The notes beneath the pieces are model-generated. The model worked only from the letters and a program-made list of their open reading frames with translations. It did not search any database and had not been told where the DNA came from. A DNA stretch of 59,910 nt, filler included, from Porpidia crustulata (lineage: Eukaryota), in the NCBI GenBank assembly GCA_964255105.1. It is 5 parts of 5 records of this genome, joined end to end, with 100 filler letters (N's around TTAATTAATTAA, not from the genome) between each part and the next. Parts side by side here need not be neighbours in the genome. Positions count along the whole stretch, not along the records: positions 1 to 11,935 come from CAXUWE010000583.1; 4 more parts are not named here. The stretch is one strand, 5' to 3'. The number at the start of each line of letters is the position of its first letter. Positions within the stretch are counted from its first letter, which is position 1. The position numbers were made by a program, and so were the translations under genes. Below are positions 1-12,035 of the stretch, piece by piece.

Positions 1-584
1 CCCTTTGCCTCCCCCCCGCTTCCCGTCCATACACCTTCTTTCACATCAATCTCTCCACCTTCCCTTCCAGCAAAATCAAACCCAGCCAAAACCTCCACCA
101 CGCGTTCCTACATATGAATGTATGATAGATACATCTTACGCCTCAATAAAGCGGGAAATTTCAGAAAAGTCTTGTCACAATTTTTGTTTGTCTCATCCCT
201 CCTGATATTTCACACCCCAGCCCTCCCCACGCCTTCCTCTGAAAACCAGTCTCCTCGCACCATGACAACCCTCCAATTCCCACGATTTCAATCTCTTGAG
301 ACATTGTTTCCAAAATACGATAGTCTAGACATATCCGGATCTAGTCACTTAGCTGACTTTTAGACTCTATGACGAAATCCCAGTTTTATAGCAATTACTC
401 CACGCTGAATTGGTCGACAAATCTGCATCTTCCAAACCCCCAAGCCAGTAAACATACGCCCAGCCATACCTGCGAAATGCAATTCTCCACCACAAATCTA
501 GCTCACAAAGCACCATCTCTCTTCCAACTTCTCATCACTTAACACCTCAAACCTCCCCGCCCTCATCACCGTAATCTCACACTC

Positions 585-2419
585 TCAAAAATTCTCCTTT
601 CCCCACCTATACTTAAACCCCGGCCCTGAATACATGTTACACTTACTATGTAACAGGCTCCCCAGTGGTTTCGGCCCGCAAAAGAAAACTCCCGCTTCGG
701 CAGGCGCATGGATCTTACGGATCGACTTGAAAATGGCATCCCAGTTGGGCCGGCCGAAATTGGTAGGGGCGCGGAGACCGGTGATGGTATCCGATTCGTT
801 CGAGGCATCGTTGATCATGATGTTGGTGGCATCGTCCATCATAATCTTGGCGGTGAGGTACTGATGGGAAGGTTTAGCTTACATTTGGAAATTGTCTGCT
901 CGAGAAGGCTTACAGTATGTATCTCAATTTGACAGTCCATGTCCTGTGCCTCAATCGCCATCAGAAGCGACCTGAACCACTCAAAAGACCCAAAATCACG
1001 GCAGACCCAGAAAAAGTAGACCTTCCTCAACCGAGTCTTTTGCTTAGGATAGTTCATGCGGTACCAGATACTCTTCAGAATTGAAGCGAACGGCGTGACA
1101 CCAATGCCGGCACCAACGAGGACAGCGACTTCATACTTGAAAACGTCTTCGGATGCGCTTCCGAAAGGGCCGTCGATGAAAACTCGAGGAAGGATTTTTC
1201 TGATGGCGGGATCCACGTCCATCTTCGAGGCTTTTTCGTCAATGCCCACAACGGTAGAGACATTAGGGTCTATTGTTTCTCTGCGAGTCTCGAAGCTACA
1301 CCCTACTGAAGCTGCTAAGGCGTTTGTAAAGTTGCCGACACATCTGATGTGGACAGACAGATAGTCTTCCTCGGGGGCGCTGGTGAGGGTGAAAGGATGG
1401 TATTGCCAAACGGAAATTTCAGGGCAGCAAAGGAAGATGTACTGGGAATAGCATTAGCTTAAGCATTTGGATCTGTTGCGCAATTATACCTGGCCAGCTC
1501 TTGTCTTAGTTTTTTCCTTTTTGATCTGTATCTCAACGACTTTGCTCGGATGTTGTATAACTTTGGAGATGTAGGTCTTGTGCTTCCCACGAATTTCTCT
1601 TGCCACTCTTTCTATCAAGTACACAAATCCTCCATACATCCAGTACTGCCAGAAGACACCGGTACCCGAACAAAACGGCGCCGCATCTGTCTTGATCATG
1701 CAAAATGCTCCGTGGACGGACCAAAAGACGAAGAATATGATGAAGAGATGGTGAGTGAACCAAAAGCGTTCGAAATTACCCCGTTGAAGCTTTCCCATAG
1801 AAGTGGCAACAATAAGCATCAGAACGATAAGCATGATGTACCCAGACCAACCAGGACCAGTGGCAAAATTGGCAAGGAGAAATCCTTTAAAGCCCAGGTG
1901 GTTCTTGGCGGCTAATTGCGCAAAATTATTCCAATGCGCGATTGTATGGACCCAGGTGAAGAACACGATTGACCAAGCCACCAGCTTGTGAAACGAGACA
2001 TTCTTATCGAATTGAATGATGCCGTTTAGAGGTGTCTGTCTTAACAGCGAAATAAGCGTACGACACACAGGGAAGATGAGAATGGCAATGTCGAAGTGGA
2101 GGACCAAGGCAGCTGCCCTTGCTATCGAGTACGACATGCCAAATGTCGAACGAGCATTAGTGAGGTTGTCCTTCATGTAATAATTTATGAAGCCAAAGGC
2201 GAAAATCATCGTATGCACCACGACAAACATGGTGACTGAGAAGACTTTGGAGCCTTTGTGAACCATCCAGCGGTCGAGTTTTTCCAGCAGTCGCAGCTCT
2301 CGCGGAGGAACCCCACTCATTTCGCCAGACATCAGCATCCTCGTCAACGGTGGCCATCTTGCTCTTTCCGGTTTCGCATTGTCAAGGCTGCGCTGATCTA
2401 GCTCTGACCTTGTACCCAT
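585..2419 (-). CDS. noxA: NADPH oxidase NoxA/Nox1 (gp91phox homologue)
   Basis: Three exons (2419-1490, 1441-914, 860-585) with GT-AG introns 1442-1489 and 861-913. Heme-ligating His in TM helices (FHKLVAW, HTIAHW, FTHH), HPFTLTSAPEED FAD motif, VFIDGPFGSASED, GAGIGVTPF NADPH motif, C-terminal GKENF. Confidence 0.97.
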
Positions 2420-4029
2420 AGTCGTGGTACTTGACTTTCCAAATAGACAAGTAGGGAAGAGCTACAACGAGTGCAGATGATTGCGAGAGATGGCTCGGGG
2501 TTTGAATATCATGTGTGCTGCTTTGTTCAAGGAAGGTGGAGGAAGGACCGAATGGTTGCACAAATCGAGAAAGAACTGTCTTGTTAGCAATCTCGTTTAC
2601 AGCTGTTTACAGCAGGAACCCCTTTCACTTACTGAACGACGACCTGCGCAGAAGGATCCTGTCCTTGTAAGAAATGAACGTCTATAATTACTTGTGAAGT
2701 CGAAAATAATCAAGTCATGAACAATCACAAGAGCAAATTCAACATGACAAGGACTAGGAGGAGATCGTCAATGCGCCGGCAGTAACCCCCACAGAGAGCA
2801 TTTGACGAAGCTTTAGAGAGTTAAAGTAGGCGACAGATAGATATGGGAGTCACGAATGGAAGATTGAGCCGAGAAAGTCTCGAGGTAGGGTTTCAATATG
2901 GCTGTCTAGCTGAACGGACTCCAAAGATATGCTCTGCTACCTCCACTCGGATCTTTTGTCATGGTCGTCCAACAGCGCGCTTTCGCAGCTCCCAAAGGAG
3001 CAGTAAGTTCAAAGTCAATGATCATGCGCGGCTCCAAGTGTGTCATCGTCGTTGGCCCACAGCCTGTGACATGAAGGAGAAGAGGTTGTTGTTGTTTCAT
3101 GCAAGCGACAAATTCATGCAAACTTTCTGATTGGCTGCCGGGTCACATCAACGTTTGGCGTCTAGGTAAGGAGGCACTGGGAGGACAAGCTCTGATCACC
3201 TGACCAGAGCACAAATCTCAACTTTATATGGATTTATTTTGTGTCAATGCAGTTGTTTACATTCGGTACTTTGGCCTTATTTCTCTGTCAGTTTACCTCT
3301 TGAAGCTCCAAGGAAGATGTGAACGTCGAGCCACTGTGGAGCCACCACGGAACTTTTTTGAGAAAAATCGTGCAGTCTGCTCAACACCAATGATTTGCCA
3401 GCTGATTATAAAGGTTTAAAGAGAAGGAACCTCTAGGGTTGAAATTCACACACACTTTACATATTTGTATCTACAAGAGAATGTGTCCTGGAGATCCAAA
3501 ACAGTAAGGGAAGATCGAGCTAGGGTTGTGCACAGTTGGGAAAATTCTGATCGTCTCGAAACATAGAGGTAAGACAGTCACATCAGACAGGGCTGTGCGT
3601 CTCTACAGATACGAAATTTTTACTCGCCTTGCAAATTAGAGGGCTGTCTTTGAGAGGACTTCTATTGCATTTGTACAAATCAAACTCCGACAAAATAGTA
3701 TCCGTTATGAAAAATCCAAGAAATCAGCATAGTGTTCTGAGTTATGAGTTGGTAAGATCTTGCAATGAAATTTATTGCTAGATGTGTCCGTAACGCTCAA
3801 CCATGAATCGTGACCCGCATGCTTGAACCTGGACTGACGTACTAACATCATGTCCCGAAAACTGCTGGCAAAGCCCCAAACCTAAGGAAAATTGGAGTTC
3901 TGTACTGAGTGCTCTTAAAGATGCAGAATCTCTCGAGCCAGCCTTGGCGAACTGTAAAATCGTGCGTAACATCGGGGGGTCTTTTATCTCATCCTGCATT
4001 GCGCCAGAAAAGTCCTCCTGATTCGTCTT

Positions 4030-4860
<831 letters not shown>

Positions 4861-5939
4861 CCTGTATGTCTTGGTTTGATCTAATATGGGAGAGCTTGAG
4901 GTATTCTGTCAGAGAAGGTCGAACTTGTAAAGTCGTAGTCTTTGTAATAGCAGGCCAAAGGATGAGAACTGGAGAAGGCTTAGTGAAGGTGAGAGGGCGC
5001 TTGCACACAATAAGTTAGGTACTTGAATTCTATTTAAAGCGCCTTGCGAACCATGACACAACCTCACGGTGAGTATCCCCCAATCTGAGAGTGAAAGATT
5101 GTACTGTATAGGCTGACAAATGATTTGCGACCTGGGAGGTCATTTGAACAGTGCTAAAATACCTGAAGCTTTACTCTGATACCTCTGCAGCGTGACTTAG
5201 TGAGCGTCTACATCACTTCAAAATAGCGACCTCCCTCAGTCTCAAACTCGGATTATTCTCTCCGATGTTTCTACAAATAGAAATCTTTCAAGAGCAATTC
5301 TGCAGTCTCTATGTCTTCAAGACACATCCAACCCGCTCATTCTAGGTGCACGGCACCATTTTAGACTCTTCGCCATGAAAAATTTCATCCTGGATAATCT
5401 GCAGTGGCCAGAATTAATGACGTTAGAGATTTTCGCCGTTCCTTGCTTACATAGCATCATACGGACGCCGACAGACGGGTGTTGTGAGGTCTGCTGAGAT
5501 CCTCCTGATATCGTGGGAAAGCAGTCTTTGCTTTTCAAAAAAAAAATTCTATATGCGTACAGACACTGGCAGTGTACAGATTCTTCACTTCCGTCGCATC
5601 CTAACTTGTCTACGTGTCCAAGGTTCTCTGATGGTGTGAACTTAATAGAAGACCATTATCGAGTACATTCTCGAAATATCCACACTCTGTCCCTTAAACA
5701 TACTGTCTCAACTCCGAACATCTACCGGTCTTGTGGCGTTCACTTCTAAGATACTACGCGACTGATTCCCTAGTCGTCGTGTTATCATTGTGTAGACATT
5801 TTGACCTCAGAAGTAACATCCATACTATGTACGTACATACTCTCTGTTACCGCAAACATATCTACAGGAATGTTAAGTCGCAAGACGACCTTCCCAATAG
5901 GGAATCTCAGTAACACATATGCAAGAAAGTAAGAGACGC

Positions 5940-7318
5940 TCAAACAAACGCTTGGATTCCAGTAATGGCCCTCCCAAGAATCAATGCATGAATGTCACTC
6001 TGACCTTCGTAGGTCTGAACCACCCAAAGGTTGGCTACGTGACGTCCGATTCCATACTCGTCGCTAGCTGCATTACCACCAAATATTTCTTGGAGCCTAT
6101 GGGGGTGTGAGATAGACCTTGGCTATTAGGGGCGATGTCACTTACACTCTAGCGTTGACTAACGCCCGATCGCAATTCTGCCTTTTAATCATCGAGATCA
6201 TTTCTGGAGCAACTTTACCCTCATCTTTCAAGCGGCCAACCTGTACTGCTGCAAGGGTACCGAATGCAGCATCTGTGACGGCATCGGCAAGCTTCTTCTG
6301 TACCAATTGGTACTTGGCGATCGGGTTGTCCTTGAACTGCCGGCGCTCCAGGGCGTACGTTCTTGCTCTTGCAATGCAGTCTTCAAGGGCTCCCATGGTC
6401 CCCCAAGCGATTCCGAATCTAGCGGAGTTAAGGCAGCTGAAAGGCCCTCTTAAGCCTTCCACTTCAGGGAACATATTTGCTTCCGGGACAGGACATTCGT
6501 CAAGCTGTATCATGCCGGTCGTCGAAGCGCGAAGGCCATTCTTGTTCTTCAAAGGCGGCGTTTCAAGCGTGCCAGGTGGACAGTCCTTCCTATCAATGAG
6601 AAAGCCTCGTATCTTTCCCGTGCTCTGGAGTTTGGCCCAGACCAACATGATATCTGCTATCGGAGAATTGGTGATCCATGTTTTAGCGCCGGATAGCGAG
6701 TAATACCCCTTCTTCGATGAATGCGGTTTGGCCATTGACTGCATGGACCCAGGATCCGAACCATGGTTGGGCTCTGTTAAACCAAAACAGCCAAGAAGCC
6801 TACCTTTTGCCAGGCCAGGTAGGTATTTGTCTTTCTGTTCTTGTGTCCCGAATTCATCTATTCCACCCATAACGAGCGAACTTTGTACGGACATCGCTGA
6901 CCGATAGCCAGAGTCTACTCTTTCAACTTCTTTTGTGATAAGTCCGGAAGCCACGCTGCTGACTCCCGCACAATCGTAACCCTTGATGGTGGCCCCAAGA
7001 AGGCCCAACTCTCCCATCTCTTCGAGTATCTTTCGATCATACTTCTCTTCCCGATATGCCTCTTACATAGCTGAGAATCAGGTGGTTTATCCCGAGTAGA
7101 TCAAATGGATATCACATACCAAGTACTCGCGGTAACATGCGCTCTTGACAGTATGATTTGGCAGTCTCTTGAATTGCCAATTCTTCTTCGGTGTATAGAT
7201 TAGCGGAATTCAATGGGTCCTCCCAACTAAATGGTAAAGGTGTGTGCGCATAACGCCTGCCTACGGTCGAGAGTGACTGGCAATTGCCCAGTCGTCTTAA
7301 AAAAGTACTTCTCATCAT
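5940..7318 (-). CDS. gcdH: Glutaryl-CoA dehydrogenase, mitochondrial
   Basis: Arg/Ser-rich presequence, [29 protein letters not shown]; last exon (about 6096-5940) reads [51 protein letters not shown]. Two introns. Confidence 0.95.
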
Positions 7319-7537
7319 TATGAATACATTTGTAAATCAAAGTAGAACAAAGAGAGTGTAAATATATCTAAAAAAACCTATGATTACACTAGATATCCAT
7401 GAAGTAAATTTCCCTTTGGTCTCCCCACACTTCACCTTAAAGCCGAGGTGTGATGTCACGCAGCATATCTCAGGCTAGAGTACCCGCCTTACCGTATTTA
7501 ATCCGAGGCCTGGCGTTCCAAGTGAATTGGTGGTGGA

Positions 7538-7543
7538 ACGCGT
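7538..7543. promoter_or_regulatory. MCB-type cell-cycle box (ACGCGT) upstream of FEN1
   Basis: Exact ACGCGT about 115 bp before the FEN1 ATG, with a second TCGCGT near 7601. MCB boxes are typical of G1/S replication genes in ascomycetes. A 6-mer can occur by chance. Confidence 0.5.
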
Positions 7544-7657
7544 TCTTAAGTGCTTGAACTTGCAAGCTCTATTAAGCTGCCTCAGGAATCGGGGTGTGAG
7601 TCGCGTTGTTATCCCAAAATATTACGCTCTTCCCCTACATTAATATCCGCCTTCATC

Positions 7658-9059
7658 ATGGGGATCAAAAGTACGTGATGTATGAACTGACGGCGACAAT
7701 TCTGATACTCAAATTCCACAGGCCTCGCCCAGATTATACACGAGAACGCCCCAGATGCAATCAGGGCTGGCGAGATCAAGAATCACTTCGGCAGGAAGGT
7801 TGCCATTGTCAGTGGACACACCCCATGCGGTACGTTTGGAAGTACTAATATGCCGATAGGATGCGTACGTCCAGTACTTGTAGATTCATAAGAAGATAGT
7901 AATTAATCAGTTGAACGATCAGTTCCATGAGCATCTACAGCTTTTTGATTGCGGTACGCTCTAATGATGGGCAACAACTCATGAACGAAAGTGGCGAGAC
8001 AACCTCACATATCATGGGCATGTTCTACCGCACGCTTCGCATGGTCGATAATGGGATCAAGCCGCTTTACGTATTCGACGGGGCCCCTCCGAAGCTCAAG
8101 TCAGGCGAATTAGCAAAGCGATTTGCGAGAAAGTCAGAAGCCACCGAAGCACATGAGGAGGCGAAAGAGACAGGAACAGCAGAGGAAGTTGAGAAGTTTG
8201 CGAGGCGTACGGTCAAAGTGACAAGAGAGCATAACGATGAGTGCAAAAGGCTCTTGCAACTGATGGGCGTCCCGTACATTGTCGCGCCGACTGAAGCGGA
8301 GGCACAATGCGCCGTTCTCGCACGGGCAGAAAAAGTCTATGCCGCAGCTTCAGAAGACATGGACACATTGTGTTTTGACTCCCCAATCCTCCTTCGTCAC
8401 CTCACGTACAGCGAACAGCGGAAAGAGCCTGTCGTTGAAATCCATCTGGATCGGGTACTTTCGGGCTTGGCAATGGAGAGGAAGCAGGTACACGAATCAA
8501 CAAACTCAGAACGATTGCCAACGTTAACTTCAGACAGTTTGTGGATCTCTGTATTCTCCTCGGTTGTGACTATGTCGACCCCATCCCCAAAGTCGGCCCT
8601 CAAACCGCCTTGAATCTTATCCGTGAGCATGGTACTCTCGAAAACGTCGTTTCGTTCATCGAGAAGGATCCAAAAAAGAAGTATACCCTCCCTGCCGACT
8701 GGCCGTACAAGGATGCGCGCGAGCTTTTCTTTAATCCGGATGTTCGGCCCCCAGATCACCCGGATTGCGATTTTAAGTGGACTGCCCCGGACGTTGACGG
8801 GCTTGTTCAGTTTCTGGTCACGGAGAAGGGGTTTTCCGAAGACAGAGTGAGAAATGCCGCTTCAAGACTCACCAAGAACCTCAAGACGGCACAGCAGGCA
8901 CGGTTGGAAGGATTTTTCAAGCCGGTACAAAAGACCGAAGAGGAGGTGACGAGTCTGAAGAGGAAGAACGAAGCGAAGAAGGAGGAGCAAAAAAAGAAGC
9001 AGAAGTTGGACCTGAAGGCAAAAAAGGAAGCCAAGGCCAAGCCTAGAGGGACAGCATAG
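7658..9059 (+). CDS. fen1: Flap endonuclease 1 (Rad27/FEN1)
   Basis: MGIK start, [51 protein letters not shown] box QARLEGFF, basic tail. Four introns, including a 5-nt exon at 7860-7864. Confidence 0.97.
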
Positions 9060-10282
9060 ATCTCGAGGCTACTACTTGATGACAACTCCAGGCGTTTACA
9101 CGGATCTACATTTGCGGGAGGGGGGGTTCTAGTGTATTGGAAAAATGCATGGCGAATTGTGCTGCTACTTACGATAACAGGTAGCCCATGTCACGGTGGC
9201 ATTGACAGCAGTATTAAGGTCAGGGGCGTTGACCGTTTGATTTCAAATCCTGATTCCCAAAAGGAAAGAGTTTCTCCCAATTCGGTGCAGCAGGGTTTGG
9301 CGGACACATGTGATTGATGCTACTGGACAGCTGCAACCCCCACTGAAGATAGGTAAATACCGTCGACTGTCGTTGGGCCAGCCATTGCACGAGGAAGAGC
9401 ATATGGTAGATATAGTCCACCAAAGGTCCAATGCGACGGTGGAGAATGACGCTGACGGTTCGGTAGAAATTGTCTGTTCTCCTGCTGTTTGCAAGCAGAA
9501 TACGGCGAGTACAGTATCATGCCTGCAAAGAGAACCTCATCTGGTCATGCAGGATTGTCATGGTTCATCGATTGATTTAATTACCTATCGAGGGGTTGAG
9601 CTTACAACGAAACTCATCAGGTAAGGTACATAACTGACCCATGTGCTTATGTACCTACCTAAGGTATATTCCCTACGTCTTGCGTAGCCGGCAATGTCGG
9701 GTGTTTTGATAAGGCGATGGTATCGGCTGTACTTTCCGACTTGGGCGGTGGATCGGCGGCGGAACTCTTCCTCCGTTGAAACCCCTCTTTCTAAGTTCCC
9801 CCACGATTCCCTTCACACTTGACCAGATTACCTATCTACCTACGTCTGTCAAGCGTGCCCATGTCATGGATAATTGAAAAAAAGCACCTTCATCTACTCT
9901 CTTGCTAGTCTCTCCTCATTCGTCCGACTAGTATCTCCTATCTCTCCAATGTGAATGGATTAAATGCCAAGATACTTACCAGGAATGGCAATTCCATGCG
10001 TTGATCGGGTCCAGAGGGGTTGATTGTCTTTCCTTTCCTATGCCTAATTCGTTATGGATGATGGAACTCAACCCTCGTTGGGAAGTCATCGGCTTTGGTG
10101 GGGATAGAGACATATATCTACCTTCATATGCCACTTCATTATCATTCTCTTCTTATCCCTCTTGTCGTATCCCTCTACGCGACATCAATAGTCGTTCTGG
10201 AAGCTCACGCTTTCATACCCAATCTATCGCACTGCATATCAGATATCTTTCTTTCGACGCGTATTAGTTACAAACATCAACC

Positions 10283-11935
10283 ATGTCGACGGAGCAAGTC
10301 TCTTATCTTCCATCTGCTGGGTCAACCAAGCAGATTGCTACCCATCCATTGTCGCCATTGACTGCTTCCGAGATCTCTCAGAGTGCACAATTGGTCAAGG
10401 CACTTTATCCAACTACTGCTAGCTTCCAATTCAAAGTCGTCACGCTTGAAGAGCCCGAAAAGGCTCAGTTGGTGCCATACCTCGATGCGGAGCACTACGG
10501 GAACAAATTACCTCTTCTGGACAGGAAAGCCTTGGTCTGCTACTATATCCGCAATACCGTAAGTGATTTCGGTGCTTCTCCATTGTAAACTTTGCCTGGA
10601 GACAGATTGTATTTGGAAACTGCTAAAACATTTTTTGTAGGACAAGTTCCATGAAGCCATTGTCAACCTCAGCAGGAAGCGAGTCGAGAGCAATGTCAGA
10701 CTTGGTCCAAATATGCACGCGCCAGGAGACGGTGAGGAGATTGTCCTTGTCGAGAAGATTGCATTGGAAGATGAGGGGGTGAAGGCAGAGATTGCGAAGC
10801 TCCAGCTCCCAGAAGGGACAGCAATTATAAGCGACCCCTGGATCTATGGTATTCAACTAGACACTAAGTCCAGCTATCAGATATACTGACATGCTCCAGG
10901 CTCTGATGGCAACGAGGATGATAGGCGCATGTACCAATGCTTCCTATACATGCGAGACCCCATGAACCCTTCCGAACTTGATTCCAATCATTACGCGTTC
11001 CCCTTGGCCATCTCGCCGGTCGTGGATTGTGTCGAGCTCAAAGTCATCCGCATCGACTTTTGCCCCACTGGCGTTGATGAAACTATCAAGGAAACACAGA
11101 AAGCTCGAATACCACCCCCAAACGAGTACGTCCCGGATTATCAAGCTTTGCGAACGGACTTGAAGCCTCTGAACGTAATTCAGCCTGAAGGTGCCAGCTT
11201 CAATGTCACCAAGATGGGTGCATCCGGTGAAGTCATCGAATGGCAGAAATGGTCTTTTAAAGTTGGTTTCAATCAACGTGAAGGCATGGTACTTTATGAT
11301 GTAAATTTCTCCAGCCCTCAGCAGTGTGGGGTACTTATCTTGGTAGGTCCGCTATGATGATAGAAGTCTCTTCTACCGCCTTTCACTATCAGACATGAAT
11401 ATCCCGTACGCCGACCCACGTCATCCGTTCCATAAGAAAGCAGCCTTCGACTTAGGCGACGCTGGTGCTGGTGTCATGGCCAATAACTTGAAACTTGGCT
11501 GTGATTGCCTAGGCTCAATTCACTACCTCAGCGCTGTCCTCTCCGACCCCAGCGGTCAGCCCATGCCTATAGAAAACGTCATCTGTGTCCATGAGCAGGA
11601 CAACGGTATCGGCTGGAAACACACGAATTACCGCACCGGCCGTGCGGCCGTCACCCGGAACCGCGAGTTGGTCGTTCAATCCATCATCACTGTCTCTAAC
11701 TACGAGTATATCTTGGCTTTCATATTCAACCAAGCTGGCGAGGTCACCTACGAAGTCCGCGCAACCGGGGTCGTCAGCACCCAACCTATCGACGAGGGCA
11801 TCTCCGTCCCATGGGGAACGGTCGTGCATCCCGGCGTCCTCGCCACCCACCATCAACACATCTTCTCCCTCCGCGTCGACCCCGCCATCGACGGCCCCGC
11901 CAACCGCCTCATCTACGAAGAATGCCACCCCCTGC
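10283..11935 (+). CDS. Copper amine oxidase (3' truncated at contig end)
   Basis: HPLSPLT, FNQREGMVL, AFDLGD, LGCDCLG, TPQ consensus SNYEY, copper ligands HQH. Introns near 10559-10640, 10849-10899 and 11301-11346. Runs into the N linker. Confidence 0.95.
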
Positions 11936-12035
11936 NNNNNNNNNNNNNNNNNNNNNNNNNNNNNNNNNNNNNNNNNNNNTTAATTAATTAANNNNNNNNN
12001 NNNNNNNNNNNNNNNNNNNNNNNNNNNNNNNNNNN
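11936..12035. other. Artificial contig linker (N44-TTAATTAATTAA-N44)
   Basis: Exactly 100 nt; the palindromic 12-mer places TAA in all six frames. Confidence 0.98.

Noticed and set aside
6119..6703. 194-aa plus-strand ORF and similar antisense ORFs over noxA, spc25, rrn6 and the transporters
   Set aside because: Fully overlap well-supported genes on the opposite strand and have no independent motifs.
9619..9660. Hairpin AGGTAAGGTACATAA / TTATGTACCTACCT
   Set aside because: Short and built from TACCT/AGGTA low-complexity motifs common in fungal intergenic DNA; no TSD or other context.
9971..10040. ATACTTACCAGG resembling the U1 snRNA 5' end
   Set aside because: U1 starts ATACTTACCTG; I see no U1-70K loop or Sm site downstream.
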